This document shows positions 19,747 through 31,940 of a stretch of DNA of 64,000 bases, piece by piece; position 1 is the stretch's first letter, and every line of letters begins with the position of its first letter. The DNA is from an uncultured Actinomycetes bacterium. GTDB lineage: Bacteria > Actinomycetota > Acidimicrobiia > Spongiisociales > DATADW01. Below the pieces are notes generated by a model. It was not told where the DNA came from, searched no databases, and worked only from the letters and a program-made list of their open reading frames with translations. The stretch is taken from the NCBI GenBank assembly GCA_963824995.1, contig CAWGRK010000006.1:132273-196272 (forward strand), written 5' to 3'. The translations under genes and the position numbers were made by a program.

Positions 19747-20720
19747 TGGGGGCCTCGATGGGTTCGATCATCGACGTCCACTGCCACTGCACGCTGCAGC
19801 GGTTCCAGAAGGCAGTCCTCGTCGACGGGACCGACTGGCATGGCATGACGAGTGCCGATGGCGAGCTGGGAAACGAGCGAAATCTCTGGGATGTGGCGCG
19901 GCGCATCGAGGCCATGGACGAGATGCGGATCGACATCCAGTTGGTCTCGCCCACGGACGTCTTCTATCAATATCACCAGGAGCCCGAGGTCACCGAGCAG
20001 ATCGCCCGGGAGGCGAACGAGGAGATCGCCGGGATGGTGAGGGATCGCCCGCGGCGATTCATGGGGCTCGGGACGCTCCCGATGCAAGATCCGGACCGGG
20101 CGCTGGCCGAGATGGCACGTGGGATGGGTGAGCTTGGGCTCACCGGTTTCATGATCGATGACCATGTGAACGGGCTCACCTACGACGATTCTGCTTTCGA
20201 CCCGGTGTGGGAGGCTGCAGAGGAACTCGGTGTCTTCCTCCTCGTGCACCAGTACCAGCCGACGGTTGTGGCACACCGGACAACCAAGTACTTCCTGCTC
20301 AACTCGATCGGGAATCTGGTTGACCGGACGATCACGTTCGCCTCGTTCATTTATGGGGGCGTGCTCGACCGTTATCCCCGACTGACCATCTGTCTATGCC
20401 ACGGCGGCGGCTATGTCCCCTACGCCCTCGACCGTCTCGACAAGGGGTGGGACGTGTGGCCCGGCGAGCGCGGCGCCACGCAGGACAGGCCGAGTTCGTA
20501 TGTGAGGCGGTTTCTATACGACACGGTGGTGTACACGCCGCGCAACATGCGGTTCCTGATCGATGTGGTCGGTGTCGATCGCGTCATGTTCGGGACCGAC
20601 TGGCCCGCTCCGATGACTTTTGACGATCCGGTCGGCCGTCTGGAACGGATGGATGAGCTGACCGACGACGAGCGGCATGCGCTCCTCCGTGGGACGGCGG
20701 AATCGGTGTTTGGGGCGTGA
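19746..20720 (+). CDS. Amidohydrolase family 2 (ACMSD-like decarboxylase/hydratase)
   Basis: IDVHCH, GLGTLPMQDP, CHGGG, VMFGTDWP. Confidence 0.88.
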   Translation: MGASMGSIIDVHCHCTLQRFQKAVLVDGTDWHGMTSADGELGNERNLWDVARRIEAMDEMRIDIQLVSPTDVFYQYHQEPEVTEQIAREANEEIAGMVRDRPRRFMGLGTLPMQDPDRALAEMARGMGELGLTGFMIDDHVNGLTYDDSAFDPVWEAAEELGVFLLVHQYQPTVVAHRTTKYFLLNSIGNLVDRTITFASFIYGGVLDRYPRLTICLCHGGGYVPYALDRLDKGWDVWPGERGATQDRPSSYVRRFLYDTVVYTPRNMRFLIDVVGVDRVMFGTDWPAPMTFDDPVGRLERMDELTDDERHALLRGTAESVFGA

Positions 20721-21745
20721 AACGACCGAAGGTGTTCGTGGTGCAACCGGTGATGGATGTCGGCCGTGCCGCCCTGGAGGAGATAGCCGACGTCGAGGTC
20801 TTCGAGAGCGACCGGATGATCGGCAAGCCCGACCTGCTCGCCGGTGTGTCGAGCGCCGACTACATCTGGATGCTGGGGGACACCCCGATCGACGAGGAGG
20901 TGATGGCGGCCGCTCCGGCGCTGAAGGGCATCGCCACCATGGCGCTATTCCCGAACGTTGTGGACGTCGAGGCAGCGACGCGGCGCGGTCTGCCCGTGAC
21001 GGTGGTCCCACACGTCATCACCAAGGCGACATGCGATCTCACCTGCGCCCTCATCATCGGGCTCGCCTGGCGGTTGGTGGAGGCGGATGACTTCGTCCGG
21101 TCCGGTCTCTTCCACCAGGAGCAGTCGGTCTCGTTTCTGACCCAGGGGCTCACCGGCAAGGTCCTGGGGATGGTCGGCCTGGGGGCGATCGGGACCGAGA
21201 TCGTCCGCCGGATGCGGACCTTCGAGATGGAGGTCATCTACACCAAGCGCAACCGCCTCCCCGAATCGACCGAGCAGGAACTGGGCGTGGGGTGGGTGCC
21301 CGAACTCGACGATCTGCTCGGCAGGTCCGACGTGGTGTCGGTCATGGCCACCTACAACCCGACCACCCATCTGATGTTCGGCGCCCGTGAGTTCGGCTTG
21401 ATGAAGAAGTCGGCCGTCTTCGTCAACACCGCTCGAGGCCGCATCGTGGATGAGCCGGCCTTGATCGCCGCCCTCGATGCCGGTGAGATCGCCGGAGCCG
21501 GCCTAGACGTCTACTGGCACGAGCCACCGGTGGGGGAGCCCGCCCCGAGCCCCGAGTTGTTCCGCTTTCCCAACGTGATCCTGACCCCCCACATCGGGAG
21601 TGCCACTGTCGAGGCGCGTAAGACCATGAGTCTGGCGGTCGTGGACAATCTGCGCGCCATGATCGAGGGCAAGAGGCCGCCGAACCTGGTCAACCCCGAG
21701 ATCTACGGCGAGGAGCGCACCGAGCACACCGACCGGCTTGGGTGA
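20717..21745 (+). CDS. D-isomer-specific 2-hydroxyacid dehydrogenase (glyoxylate/D-glycerate reductase-like)
   Basis: GMVGLGAIG, VNTARGRIVDE, AGLDVY..EP, TPHIGSAT. Confidence 0.92.
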   Translation: MKRPKVFVVQPVMDVGRAALEEIADVEVFESDRMIGKPDLLAGVSSADYIWMLGDTPIDEEVMAAAPALKGIATMALFPNVVDVEAATRRGLPVTVVPHVITKATCDLTCALIIGLAWRLVEADDFVRSGLFHQEQSVSFLTQGLTGKVLGMVGLGAIGTEIVRRMRTFEMEVIYTKRNRLPESTEQELGVGWVPELDDLLGRSDVVSVMATYNPTTHLMFGAREFGLMKKSAVFVNTARGRIVDEPALIAALDAGEIAGAGLDVYWHEPPVGEPAPSPELFRFPNVILTPHIGSATVEARKTMSLAVVDNLRAMIEGKRPPNLVNPEIYGEERTEHTDRLG

Positions 21746-21774
21746 GGTGCAAGGACGAGCGGACGGCCTTCTTT

Positions 21775-21915
21775 TGCTCCCCCAGGCGGGGGGAGTACTC
21801 GACGCCGGAGGCATCGGGGCAGGGGGGAGGGTGATTCCCACCGCTCGCCTCGAGTCCCCCGCTCCGCTTGTTCCGCTCGCGCCCTCCCGCTCACCCGGAC
21901 CGGAGGAGGCGGGGA
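21775..21915. repeat. GC-rich palindromic intergenic element (REP-like or bidirectional terminator)
   Basis: Hairpin TGCTCCCCC-AGGC-GGGGGGAGTA and further G/C-run stems between convergent genes. Confidence 0.45.
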
Positions 21916-24024
<2,109 letters not shown>

Positions 24025-24108
24025 CCCTCCTGATGGGGCCGACAGCGTAACGACCACCAAGGGCCGCTCTGCGAAGCCCGGACCGGCTGCGTACAGTGCT
24101 CGTCCAGG

Positions 24109-24777
24109 ATGATCACCAACCGCCGCTTCCACGCCAGTCTCGAGAAGCTCGAGGCGGACACCCTCGAGATGGGTAGCCAGGTGCGCGCTCAGGTCGCCGA
24201 GGCCGTCGCCGCCCTCTATAGCCGGGACCGGGGCAGAGCCGAGCGGGTGGTGGAGGGAGACCGCATCATCGATGAGTCCTACCTCGAACTCCACGGCCAG
24301 TGGATGGTGCTCACCGCCACCCAGGGCCCAGTGGGCTCGGATCTTCGACTGCTCGCCTCGCTGCTCCACCTGCTCGTCGTGCTGGAGCGGATGGGCGATC
24401 AGGCGTCCAACATCGCCAAGATGGTGATCGCAACCGACGGGTTGCCCGATGAGCCTCGGTTGGCGGGACTCCTCCGTGCCATGGGGGAGGCGGTTCTCCC
24501 CATCGCCGACCTCTCGCTGTCGGGGTTCGCTGCCAGGGACGACTCGGCCGTCGATGAGTTGAAGCGGCTCGACGCCGAGGTAGACGGCTTCTACAGCGAT
24601 GCGATCGATGGCGTTGTGGCGATCGGCGACGATCGTTCTGTGCTGGAATGGGCGACGCTGATGATCATGGCGGCACGCGCCTTGGAACGGGTGGCCGATC
24701 AGGCGGTCGACATCGCCGAGGAGACGCGCCTGCTGGTCACCGGTGAACGTGACATCTATCCGAGCGGAATCCCGTGA
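24109..24777 (+). CDS. phoU: Phosphate signalling/transport regulator PhoU
   Basis: Two ERxxD repeats (LERMGDQASNIA, LERVADQAVDIAE), PVGSDLR. Confidence 0.9.
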   Translation: MITNRRFHASLEKLEADTLEMGSQVRAQVAEAVAALYSRDRGRAERVVEGDRIIDESYLELHGQWMVLTATQGPVGSDLRLLASLLHLLVVLERMGDQASNIAKMVIATDGLPDEPRLAGLLRAMGEAVLPIADLSLSGFAARDDSAVDELKRLDAEVDGFYSDAIDGVVAIGDDRSVLEWATLMIMAARALERVADQAVDIAEETRLLVTGERDIYPSGIP

Positions 24778-25778
24778 GACACAAGGCAACAACGGCCACC
24801 GTCAGCTGGATCCCCTCCGAGGCGATCACCGGCATGCCACTGCTGCGCGGCTTGTTCGAATCGGGCGTCACCCACTACGACCGCCCACCAACCGACACTC
24901 TCGAGTTCGCCGACCTCGAGCGGTTGGCCGAAGCCGACACATTCCGGTTCGCCAACCGGGTGTCGGCTTGGGTCGATGTCGAGGACGGTCGAGTGGTTGA
25001 TGCCGGCTGGAGCGAGGACAGCGAAGGGTTGATAGGTGGCTCCACGCTGCGGGTCGGCCCGTGGGAAACGAGGGTCGCCGCCGTCGCCTTCCCCGACCGG
25101 CGTCAAGAGGTGGAGCGGTCGGAGCGGGGGGCCAGGTTCATCCAGACGACCGGCGGTCGGGCCGGGATGCCTGCGCCGCGGCGTGTCTCGCACCCGCCCT
25201 TCGTCCAGGTCGTCTCGCCCACGGTGTGGACAACATTGGCTCTCGAGATAGACGCCACGGGGTCTGCCAAGGTGGAACTGGTCGGCGCCAGCGCGTTCCC
25301 TCGCCACTGGGTGTTCGGCACCGACGGCTCCTTGACGGCGAAGAGCGCACTCACCGACGTCGAGCACTGGTACCGCGGCGAGTTCGGCACGCACAGCCCG
25401 TGGGGGGAGGAAGACTCGCCGGCGCTGGTGGCAGCGGTGGAGACCGCTCTCGAGAGGCAGATGTCGGCCACCATCATGCAGGGTGCCCGGCCCGAGGTCC
25501 GTCAGCTCCGCCCAGGCGACCTGTTGACCGAGCAGGGCGAGGAGGGCGGCTCGCTCTTCCTCATCCTCGACGGGATGCTGACGGTGGAGAAGGACGGCGA
25601 GACCGTCGGCGAGGTTGGTCCCGGCGCCGTGGTAGGGGAGCAGGCCTATCTCGAGAAGGGGAAGAGAACCGCCACGATGCGCGCCAGGACGCCGGTGCGG
25701 GTGGCGGTGGCGGAGCCCGAGTCGATCGATCGACCGGCGCTCGAAGAACTGTGCTCGTGGCGCCGCGACGGTGTGTGA
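24774..25778 (+). CDS. Protein with uncharacterised N-terminal domain and C-terminal cyclic-nucleotide-binding domain
   Basis: LTEQGEEG..LFLILDG..VGPGAVVGEQA..RTAT cNMP signature; GTGA overlap with phoU. Confidence 0.8.
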   Translation: MRHKATTATVSWIPSEAITGMPLLRGLFESGVTHYDRPPTDTLEFADLERLAEADTFRFANRVSAWVDVEDGRVVDAGWSEDSEGLIGGSTLRVGPWETRVAAVAFPDRRQEVERSERGARFIQTTGGRAGMPAPRRVSHPPFVQVVSPTVWTTLALEIDATGSAKVELVGASAFPRHWVFGTDGSLTAKSALTDVEHWYRGEFGTHSPWGEEDSPALVAAVETALERQMSATIMQGARPEVRQLRPGDLLTEQGEEGGSLFLILDGMLTVEKDGETVGEVGPGAVVGEQAYLEKGKRTATMRARTPVRVAVAEPESIDRPALEELCSWRRDGV

Positions 25779-25785
25779 TCGGCTG

Positions 25786-27238
25786 TCATCTTCCCAGGGT
25801 GAGCAACTGATCGACGGGCGCAAGGTCGTCGGTGAGGACACGCGCATCGCCGATGAAGTCGTCCAACTCATCGCCGGTCACGACCCTCAGGTCGAGGTCC
25901 AGCAAGGCGCCGGAAGCGACGATGTCGTCGGTGGGGATCGGGGCATCGCTACCCACCACGAGGAAGTTCCCTCCGCTTCCAAAGCGCTCGGGTAGCGAGA
26001 GAACCGCTACCTGGGGGAACACGGTTGCGAAGGTGGCAGCTTCGGCGCGGAGAAGGGCCATCTCCGAGCCGTCGATGATATTGGCCGCGTAGGTGCCACC
26101 GGGCCGGAGCACGTCCGCCACCTGGCCGACGAACTCGGCGGTGGTGAGGTGCCAGGGGACCGAGATACCGCCGAAGGCATCTCCGATCGCCAGGTCCGCA
26201 CTCGACAGGTCCACCTGACGGATCCCGAGCCGGGCATCGCCGATGATCACATCTACATCCGGAGACGGCTCCCATCCGAGCCTCTCCTCGGCGATGCCGA
26301 CGATCTCGGGGTCGAGTTCGAGCACAACGCCGGTTGAACCCCGCCGGGTGGCATCCAACCAGCGGGGCATGGTGAACCCCCCACCACCGATGTGGACTGC
26401 GTGTATCGCTCCTTCGCTGGTGGCATCGGCGACCGCCGCCAGCATCCGTGTGTAGGTGAATCGAAGCTCGGTGGGATCCTCGAGATCCACGTAGGCGTGT
26501 CGCAGCGTGTCGAGCCACAAGGTGCGACCCGCCGGGTTGTCGGGGTCGTGCTCGACCCGAACGCAGTAGTAGGAGGTCTCGGTCTCACAAGGGCCGGCCA
26601 GGGCGCTTCCCAACCAGACCCCGGCGATGAGTGCCGGGATGACCAGAAAGGCAGATCGGGTGGGTGCAAGCCACCACCACAGCGCCAGTCCGCTGACCAC
26701 GAGCAACACCGCCAGCCCCGTCAATATCCGCTGGGTGGGGAACAGCGGGACCAGGACGAACCCGGTGAGGAACGTACCGGCAATGGCGCCGGCGGTCCCC
26801 AGGGCCGAGTAGCGGCCGACCACGCTTCCTGTCCGATCCAGATCGGAGAGGACCGCCTTGACGACGGTGGGGGGAACCGCGCTCGAGTAGGGCGGCGGGG
26901 ACGAACACGGTCACCAGCACGAGGAGGACCAAGGTCGGCGGATTCGCCGTGACCGCCGTCGGCCCGAGGAGTCGGGCCATCGGTGCGGCGAGGGCGGCGG
27001 CGACGCCACCGAGCGCCAGTTCCGGTCCCAACAGCCGTCTCGGTTCCACCCGATCGGACAGGCGCCCGCCAAGCCACGTGCCGAGCGCGATACCGGCGAG
27101 GACGGTGCCGATGATCGCGGTGAACGTCTCGAGGGTCACCCCAACGTAAGGGGCGAGCAGCCGGCCGGCGAGTATCTCCATTACGAGGACGACCGCCGAG
27201 GTGCCGAAGACGAGGAGTCCAGCAAGGAGAGGAGTCAC
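25786..27238 (-). CDS. Fused membrane domain/spermidine synthase-like SAM-dependent protein (frameshift near 26880)
   Basis: VLVMEILAGRLLAPYVG N-terminal TM region; HIGGGGFT, LELDPEI, GDAR, DAF, HLTTAEF in the C-terminal ORF. Confidence 0.85.
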
Positions 27239-27334
27239 CGGGGGAGTGTGCCGACGGTTGCCCGCACGGTGCAACCCGGGCTCGGATGGCCGGGAATCCC
27301 GCGACGGGCCATCCCGGGTGATACGGTCGGCGCT

Positions 27335-27743
27335 ATGACCGAAGAGCCCGCATCTCCCGGTGACAGCACCGCGGTGAGGGCCAGCCGCCGGGATGCCATG
27401 GCGATACGCCGCTACCTCGAGCGGCTGGAGCGGGCCGAGGTGCTCGACCCGGAACGGGCCGCCATGGCCCACCGCCTTGCCTCGCTGCGACGTCTCATCT
27501 CGGACTCGAGCAATGAGGCGGAAAGGGCGTCGCTCGTCGAAGAGCGGGAGTCGGTCGAGGAGGCGATGTGGGCGGCGCGCTGATCGGGTGGTCTCTCGCG
27601 ACCGGAGCCTCGAAGCCGGTTTCGTTGCGGCAGCGGCCGGCTACTCGCGCCGCAAGGGGATCAGCCCCGAAGCGTGGCGGCTGGTCGGCGTCCCCGACGA
27701 GGTCCTGCACCGCGCCGGCCTGCTCGAGAAGGCCGCTACATAG
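27335..27743 (+). CDS. Conserved hypothetical protein (frameshift near 27570)
   Basis: AIRRYLERL...coiled coil joined to LEAGFVAAAAGYSRRKGIS..AWRLVGVP..VL..AGL; recalled as an Acidimicrobiia-type hypothetical, not verified by search. Confidence 0.6.
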
Positions 27744-27753
27744 AAGAGGTGGC

Positions 27754-28203
27754 TCACGCCTCCGGCAGCACCTCGAACACGGGATGTCGGTGGGCGATGG
27801 TGGTGACCTCCTCGTCGCTGGAGTTGGGACCCACTCCTTCGAAAAAGGCACCGACCTCGACCTTCCACCGCTTCAGGTAGGCGCGCAGTATCGGGATCTT
27901 GTCGTCGTCGGCGACCTCCACCGCGCGGAATGCCTCGGAATTGGAGCCGAGCCGCAACTCGCCGCCACCGGCCACCCGGAGGTTCCGCACCCATCGCCCC
28001 TCGCCCCGAGGCGACACCAGATAGCGGCGACCCTCGAAGGCGAGGAGATTGACCGGGTTGGTGCGCCACTCGCCGCTGCTGCGTCCCCTGACGGCGAGGA
28101 CGCGTGACCCGATGAAGCTCACGCCCCTATAGGTGAACCAGGAGACCAGGGGGTTGAAGACCCTGGTGGTGAACCAACCGGGTGCCAGGTAGTGGGGTGC
28201 CAT
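27754..28203 (-). CDS. Deazaflavin (F420)-dependent nitroreductase family protein
   Basis: LAVRGRSSGEWRTNP, WVRNLRVAG, HPVF. Confidence 0.85.
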   Translation of the reverse strand: MAPHYLAPGWFTTRVFNPLVSWFTYRGVSFIGSRVLAVRGRSSGEWRTNPVNLLAFEGRRYLVSPRGEGRWVRNLRVAGGGELRLGSNSEAFRAVEVADDDKIPILRAYLKRWKVEVGAFFEGVGPNSSDEEVTTIAHRHPVFEVLPEA

Positions 28204-28331
28204 CGATCAGATCGTGGCAGGTGGCACCAAACCGGGCGAGTCATGGCTCCGAACACGCACAGATAGGCAGCGCAGGGAGGGGACCTGAGAGAGGCGCCAA
28301 TGCGTGGAGCGATTCGTATGCGGGGTGTCCG

Positions 28332-28955
28332 ATGCGCGCCAGGAACGTAGCCAAACGCTCCGGGGAGGCATTTCTACTGATGGTCGCAGGGCTTGCTGCG
28401 GCGCTGACAGGGATCGTCGTCGGAGAAGTGGTCGCGACGGGTGACATGCCGAGGCTCGGTTCGGTGATCGGATCGGCGCCGGGACCGGATTCGGGCGGGC
28501 CGGTCGTATCGAGTGCGGCACCGGTGCCGGCGTCGACCTCCACGACTCAGACCCAGCCTCAGCCCGTGAGAGCACAGACCACCACATCGGTTGCTCAAGC
28601 AACAACACCGACGACTCAGCGGGATTTGGTGAGCACGACCGATGCGACCGAGGCGGTGACGGTCACGCTCGAGGGCACTCCGATCCCCGGGGACGGGGAG
28701 TGGGATGCGGCGGTGACGGTGGTGGTTGCCGGACCGGGCGGTACGCCTGTGCCCGGCGCCACCGTCACCGCAGTGTGGTCAGGGACGATCCCGGTGGCTG
28801 TCTCGGAGCCTTCCGGGCCAGATGGGCTCGCCGAGTTCCGGTTGGACGGCATCGAGGGCGCCTGGGTCTCCTTCACGGTCATCGATGTGTTGGCGGAAGG
28901 GCTCGATTACGACGCGGATGACTCGATCACGAGCCTCGTGGTCTCGGGGAACTGA
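28332..28955 (+). CDS. Secreted/membrane-anchored protein with Thr-rich linker and C-terminal Ig-like beta domain
   Basis: N-terminal hydrophobic helix, STTTQTQ linker, PVPGATVTAVWSG...SFTVIDV beta-rich domain. Confidence 0.55.
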   Translation: MRARNVAKRSGEAFLLMVAGLAAALTGIVVGEVVATGDMPRLGSVIGSAPGPDSGGPVVSSAAPVPASTSTTQTQPQPVRAQTTTSVAQATTPTTQRDLVSTTDATEAVTVTLEGTPIPGDGEWDAAVTVVVAGPGGTPVPGATVTAVWSGTIPVAVSEPSGPDGLAEFRLDGIEGAWVSFTVIDVLAEGLDYDADDSITSLVVSGN

Positions 28956-28972
28956 ACGAAAGGAAGAGATCT

Positions 28973-29780
28973 ATGAAGAGAATGGCAACCGTGGGGATTC
29001 TCGCCGCAGTGATCACGGCTCTGGGAGCCGGTGCGGCGCTCGCCGCCCAGGCTGAAAGCAGGCTGACCATCATCCATGCCATTCCGGGCGAGGGAGGGTT
29101 CCCGGCGGACATCTACCTCGACGGCGAGCTCGTGGTCGAGGAGATGACCTTTGGCACCGTCACCGAGGCGACCACGGTGGCATCCGGCCCCCACGAAGTC
29201 GCCATCTATCCCGAGGGCGCCGACCCCGAAACCGAGGAGCCGGCCCTGGCCGCTGACATTGACCTTGACGAGGGAGCGGACGCCACCGTGGTGGCCGGCC
29301 TGACCAATTCGGGGGACCCGACGCTTGCCGTCTACGTCAACAACGCCGACCCGGTTGGGGCAGGCGAGGGCGCGTGTCGTCCTCAGGCACCAGGCGGAGG
29401 CGCCTGCGGTCGATCTCCTGGTCAACGGCGAGCCGGTAGCGCTCGAGGTGTCCAATGGAGACGAGGCATCCGCCGAGGTGGAGGCGGGCCCGATCACGCT
29501 TTCTCTGGTCCCCTCGGCCGAGGGCGACGGAAACCTCTTCCAGACCGAGGTGGACCTCTCCGAGGGGTCGGCATTCCTCATCTATGGCATCGGGTCGGTC
29601 GAGGGTGGGAGCTTTGACGTCGCCGTACAGCAAGTCGCCGGTTTGCAGACCCCGCCCGAGGGCATCCCAACCGGCACCGGGGGAGCGGCGGGCACCGCCG
29701 TCCCGATCTGGTTGCTTGGCGCCATGGGGGCGGCGTTGATGGTCGGCTCTCTTGCGGTCGCCCGGCTGGTTCGCCGCTGA
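28973..29780 (+). CDS. DUF4397 domain secreted protein with C-terminal sorting signal (frameshift near 29370)
   Basis: Signal peptide, LTIIHAIPG and VVLRHQAEAPAVD repeats, IPTG + TM + RR tail. Confidence 0.75.
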
Positions 29781-29783
29781 AGG

Positions 29784-31709
29784 TCAGGGGGCGGGCATCA
29801 CCAGGTCGACGGGACGGTTGCCGACCGTCCCCGTCGCCCTGAGGTCGGCCAACTGCCGGTAGTCGTTCCACCGCAGGACCAGTTCGCCCGGAGCAGGCCC
29901 CTGTACACGGATGCGGGCGACTATGGCGCCGCTGACACGATTCCAGCTGACGGTACCGCTAACCCGCACCTGCGGTACCCAGGCGAGCCTGTGGAGCCGG
30001 AACTGGACGACATCGGACCCACGCGAGGTGAAGCTGCCCCCTCTCAAACCGACTCCGTCGTAACCGACGGCGTTGAGCCAGCGAGGAAAGATGTCGGCGA
30101 CCGTGTTGGCGGCGGCAGCCACCACCCGGCGGTCGGCCGCCGGGGACTTGGCCACGTCGCCTTGCGGCGCCGGGTCCACCTCGGTCAGGGATGCGGGGAA
30201 CTCCTCCACCACCCGCACTTCCTGGTATCGGCCGGCGCAGGAGGTGTCGCCGGCATCCCCGCCGGTGCTGACGAAACGGACGGTCAGGTCGGAAGCGCAA
30301 CGGGAGAAGTCACCGAGCGCCATGATGTGGACACCATTCGCCACCTCGACATAGGTCGAGTTGGGGAAGCGCCCGGCGACGATCTCCGCACCGGCGGGGG
30401 AGGTGAGCGAGTCGAGCTCGCCCGCGATGACCAGCGTGGGGACCTCGGGGTAGGGCGTGCCAGGCTCGACCGGCGGGACATGGTTGCTCGGCACCGGCCA
30501 GCGGATACACGAGGTGTATTCGGTCCATGGCGAGGCCACCCAGTCATCGATGGTGAACGGGTGGAAGGCATCGGGGTCTGTCGCCTTCAACTCGGCCAGT
30601 TCGGCTTCGTACTGAGGGGGTCGCTCGGCGATGGGAGACTCGATGTCCCAAAGCTGGGGGTAGTCGTTGCAGATCGCCGCCACGTACAGCCCCTCGGAGT
30701 ACTCCTCGACCGGACCGCCGTCGCCCCAGTAGATCTGCTCGGCGGCGATCCGGAGCAGCGGCGCCGGGTCGCCTTGGAAATAGGCGCGGGCGGCGGCGTC
30801 GAGTTCGCGGTAGACGGTGTGCCCATAGGCTGCCACCCCGGTGAGATAGCCGAGCATCGGGGCATCCACCGTCACCCGGCGCCGGATCCCGTCGGCGTCA
30901 TGTGCGGTGCCGGTGAGGGGTTCGGAGCGGAGGGCATCGGCCAACCGGGCGATACGCTCCACCGGGTCACCACCCCGCTCGTCACATCCTGGATCGCGCT
31001 CACAGGCGACCCGGAAGGCGTCGCGGAACGCCGCATCGAGGTCGCGGTACCACGGGTCCTGATCCTCGACCGGGTAGGTGCCGTCGAGCACCAAAGTGCG
31101 AACCCGATCGGGATGGCGCACGGCGAAAGCCTGCGCCATGAAGCTCCCGTAGGAGTCCCCGTACATGTCAACCGCGTCGATGCCAAGCGCATCGAGCACC
31201 TGGACCATGTCGTCAATGGCGAACGCAGTGCCGTAGACGTCCGAGGTGGCACCGAGTTGGGCGCCGCAGAGCCCGACGTTGGCCACGTAGTCGCCCTCGT
31301 ACGACTGGAGTTCGGGACAGTCGATCGCTTCGGATCGTCCGGTGCCCCGGTTGTCGATGAGGAGCAGATCGCGATGGTCGAGCAGCGGGTCGAACAGACC
31401 GAGATACCAATCGCGACTGGCGGTTGTGGCGTATCCCGGCCCACCCTCGATGGCGACGATTGTGCCGAGCGTTCGGCCCTGGCGGGCGGGGTGGATCTCG
31501 AACCCGATGCCGATGGTCCCCGCCGATGGATCGGCCGGGTCGAGCGCCACGGTGAGCGACCCGCAGAGGGCGCCGGCGACGTCGGGGCATGGCGTGGTCG
31601 CCGGCGCCGGAGCCACCCGAGACCGGACCTCTGGCGCGGCGCTGGCGGCCGGCGCCAGCAGCGCAGCGATGACAGCAAAGACGACGACCGAGACCACTTG
31701 GCGCCTCAC
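29784..31709 (-). CDS. Secreted alpha/beta hydrolase (TAP-like peptidase family)
   Basis: Signal peptide, EGGPG, DNRGTGRS, GDSYG, ELDSLTS, GVH. Confidence 0.85.
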   Translation of the reverse strand: MRRQVVSVVVFAVIAALLAPAASAAPEVRSRVAPAPATTPCPDVAGALCGSLTVALDPADPSAGTIGIGFEIHPARQGRTLGTIVAIEGGPGYATTASRDWYLGLFDPLLDHRDLLLIDNRGTGRSEAIDCPELQSYEGDYVANVGLCGAQLGATSDVYGTAFAIDDMVQVLDALGIDAVDMYGDSYGSFMAQAFAVRHPDRVRTLVLDGTYPVEDQDPWYRDLDAAFRDAFRVACERDPGCDERGGDPVERIARLADALRSEPLTGTAHDADGIRRRVTVDAPMLGYLTGVAAYGHTVYRELDAAARAYFQGDPAPLLRIAAEQIYWGDGGPVEEYSEGLYVAAICNDYPQLWDIESPIAERPPQYEAELAELKATDPDAFHPFTIDDWVASPWTEYTSCIRWPVPSNHVPPVEPGTPYPEVPTLVIAGELDSLTSPAGAEIVAGRFPNSTYVEVANGVHIMALGDFSRCASDLTVRFVSTGGDAGDTSCAGRYQEVRVVEEFPASLTEVDPAPQGDVAKSPAADRRVVAAAANTVADIFPRWLNAVGYDGVGLRGGSFTSRGSDVVQFRLHRLAWVPQVRVSGTVSWNRVSGAIVARIRVQGPAPGELVLRWNDYRQLADLRATGTVGNRPVDLVMPAP

Positions 31710-31752
31710 GGGCGGGGACAGTAACCGAGTGGCTCGCGTCGCTCGCAGTCCT

Positions 31753-31780
31753 GATTTACGCCTTGTGGGTTATGGGTTGC
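31753..31780 (-). other. Degenerate dif-like site
   Basis: Minus strand GCAACCCATAA-CCCACA-AGGCGTAAATC; 16/28 identical to the site at 31837, same orientation. Confidence 0.35.
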
Positions 31781-31836
31781 CGATGCAGAGGACGGGGGAC
31801 CGAGGAAGAACTGCCTGCTGCCATTCAGCATCAGCG

Positions 31837-31864
31837 ACTTTACATAACGTGGATTATGGGCGCT
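31837..31864 (-). other. dif: XerCD recombination site dif
   Basis: Minus strand AGCGCCCATAA-TCCACG-TTATGTAAAGT: 11-6-11 layout; 8/11 and 9/11 match to the E. coli dif XerC and XerD arms; intergenic, AT-rich. Confidence 0.8.
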
Positions 31865-31940
31865 CCAGCGAAGACGGCTCATGAGGGTCGATACGGAGCA
31901 AGTCCGCCACTTCTCACCCGACAGGGGCACTCGCCGCTGA

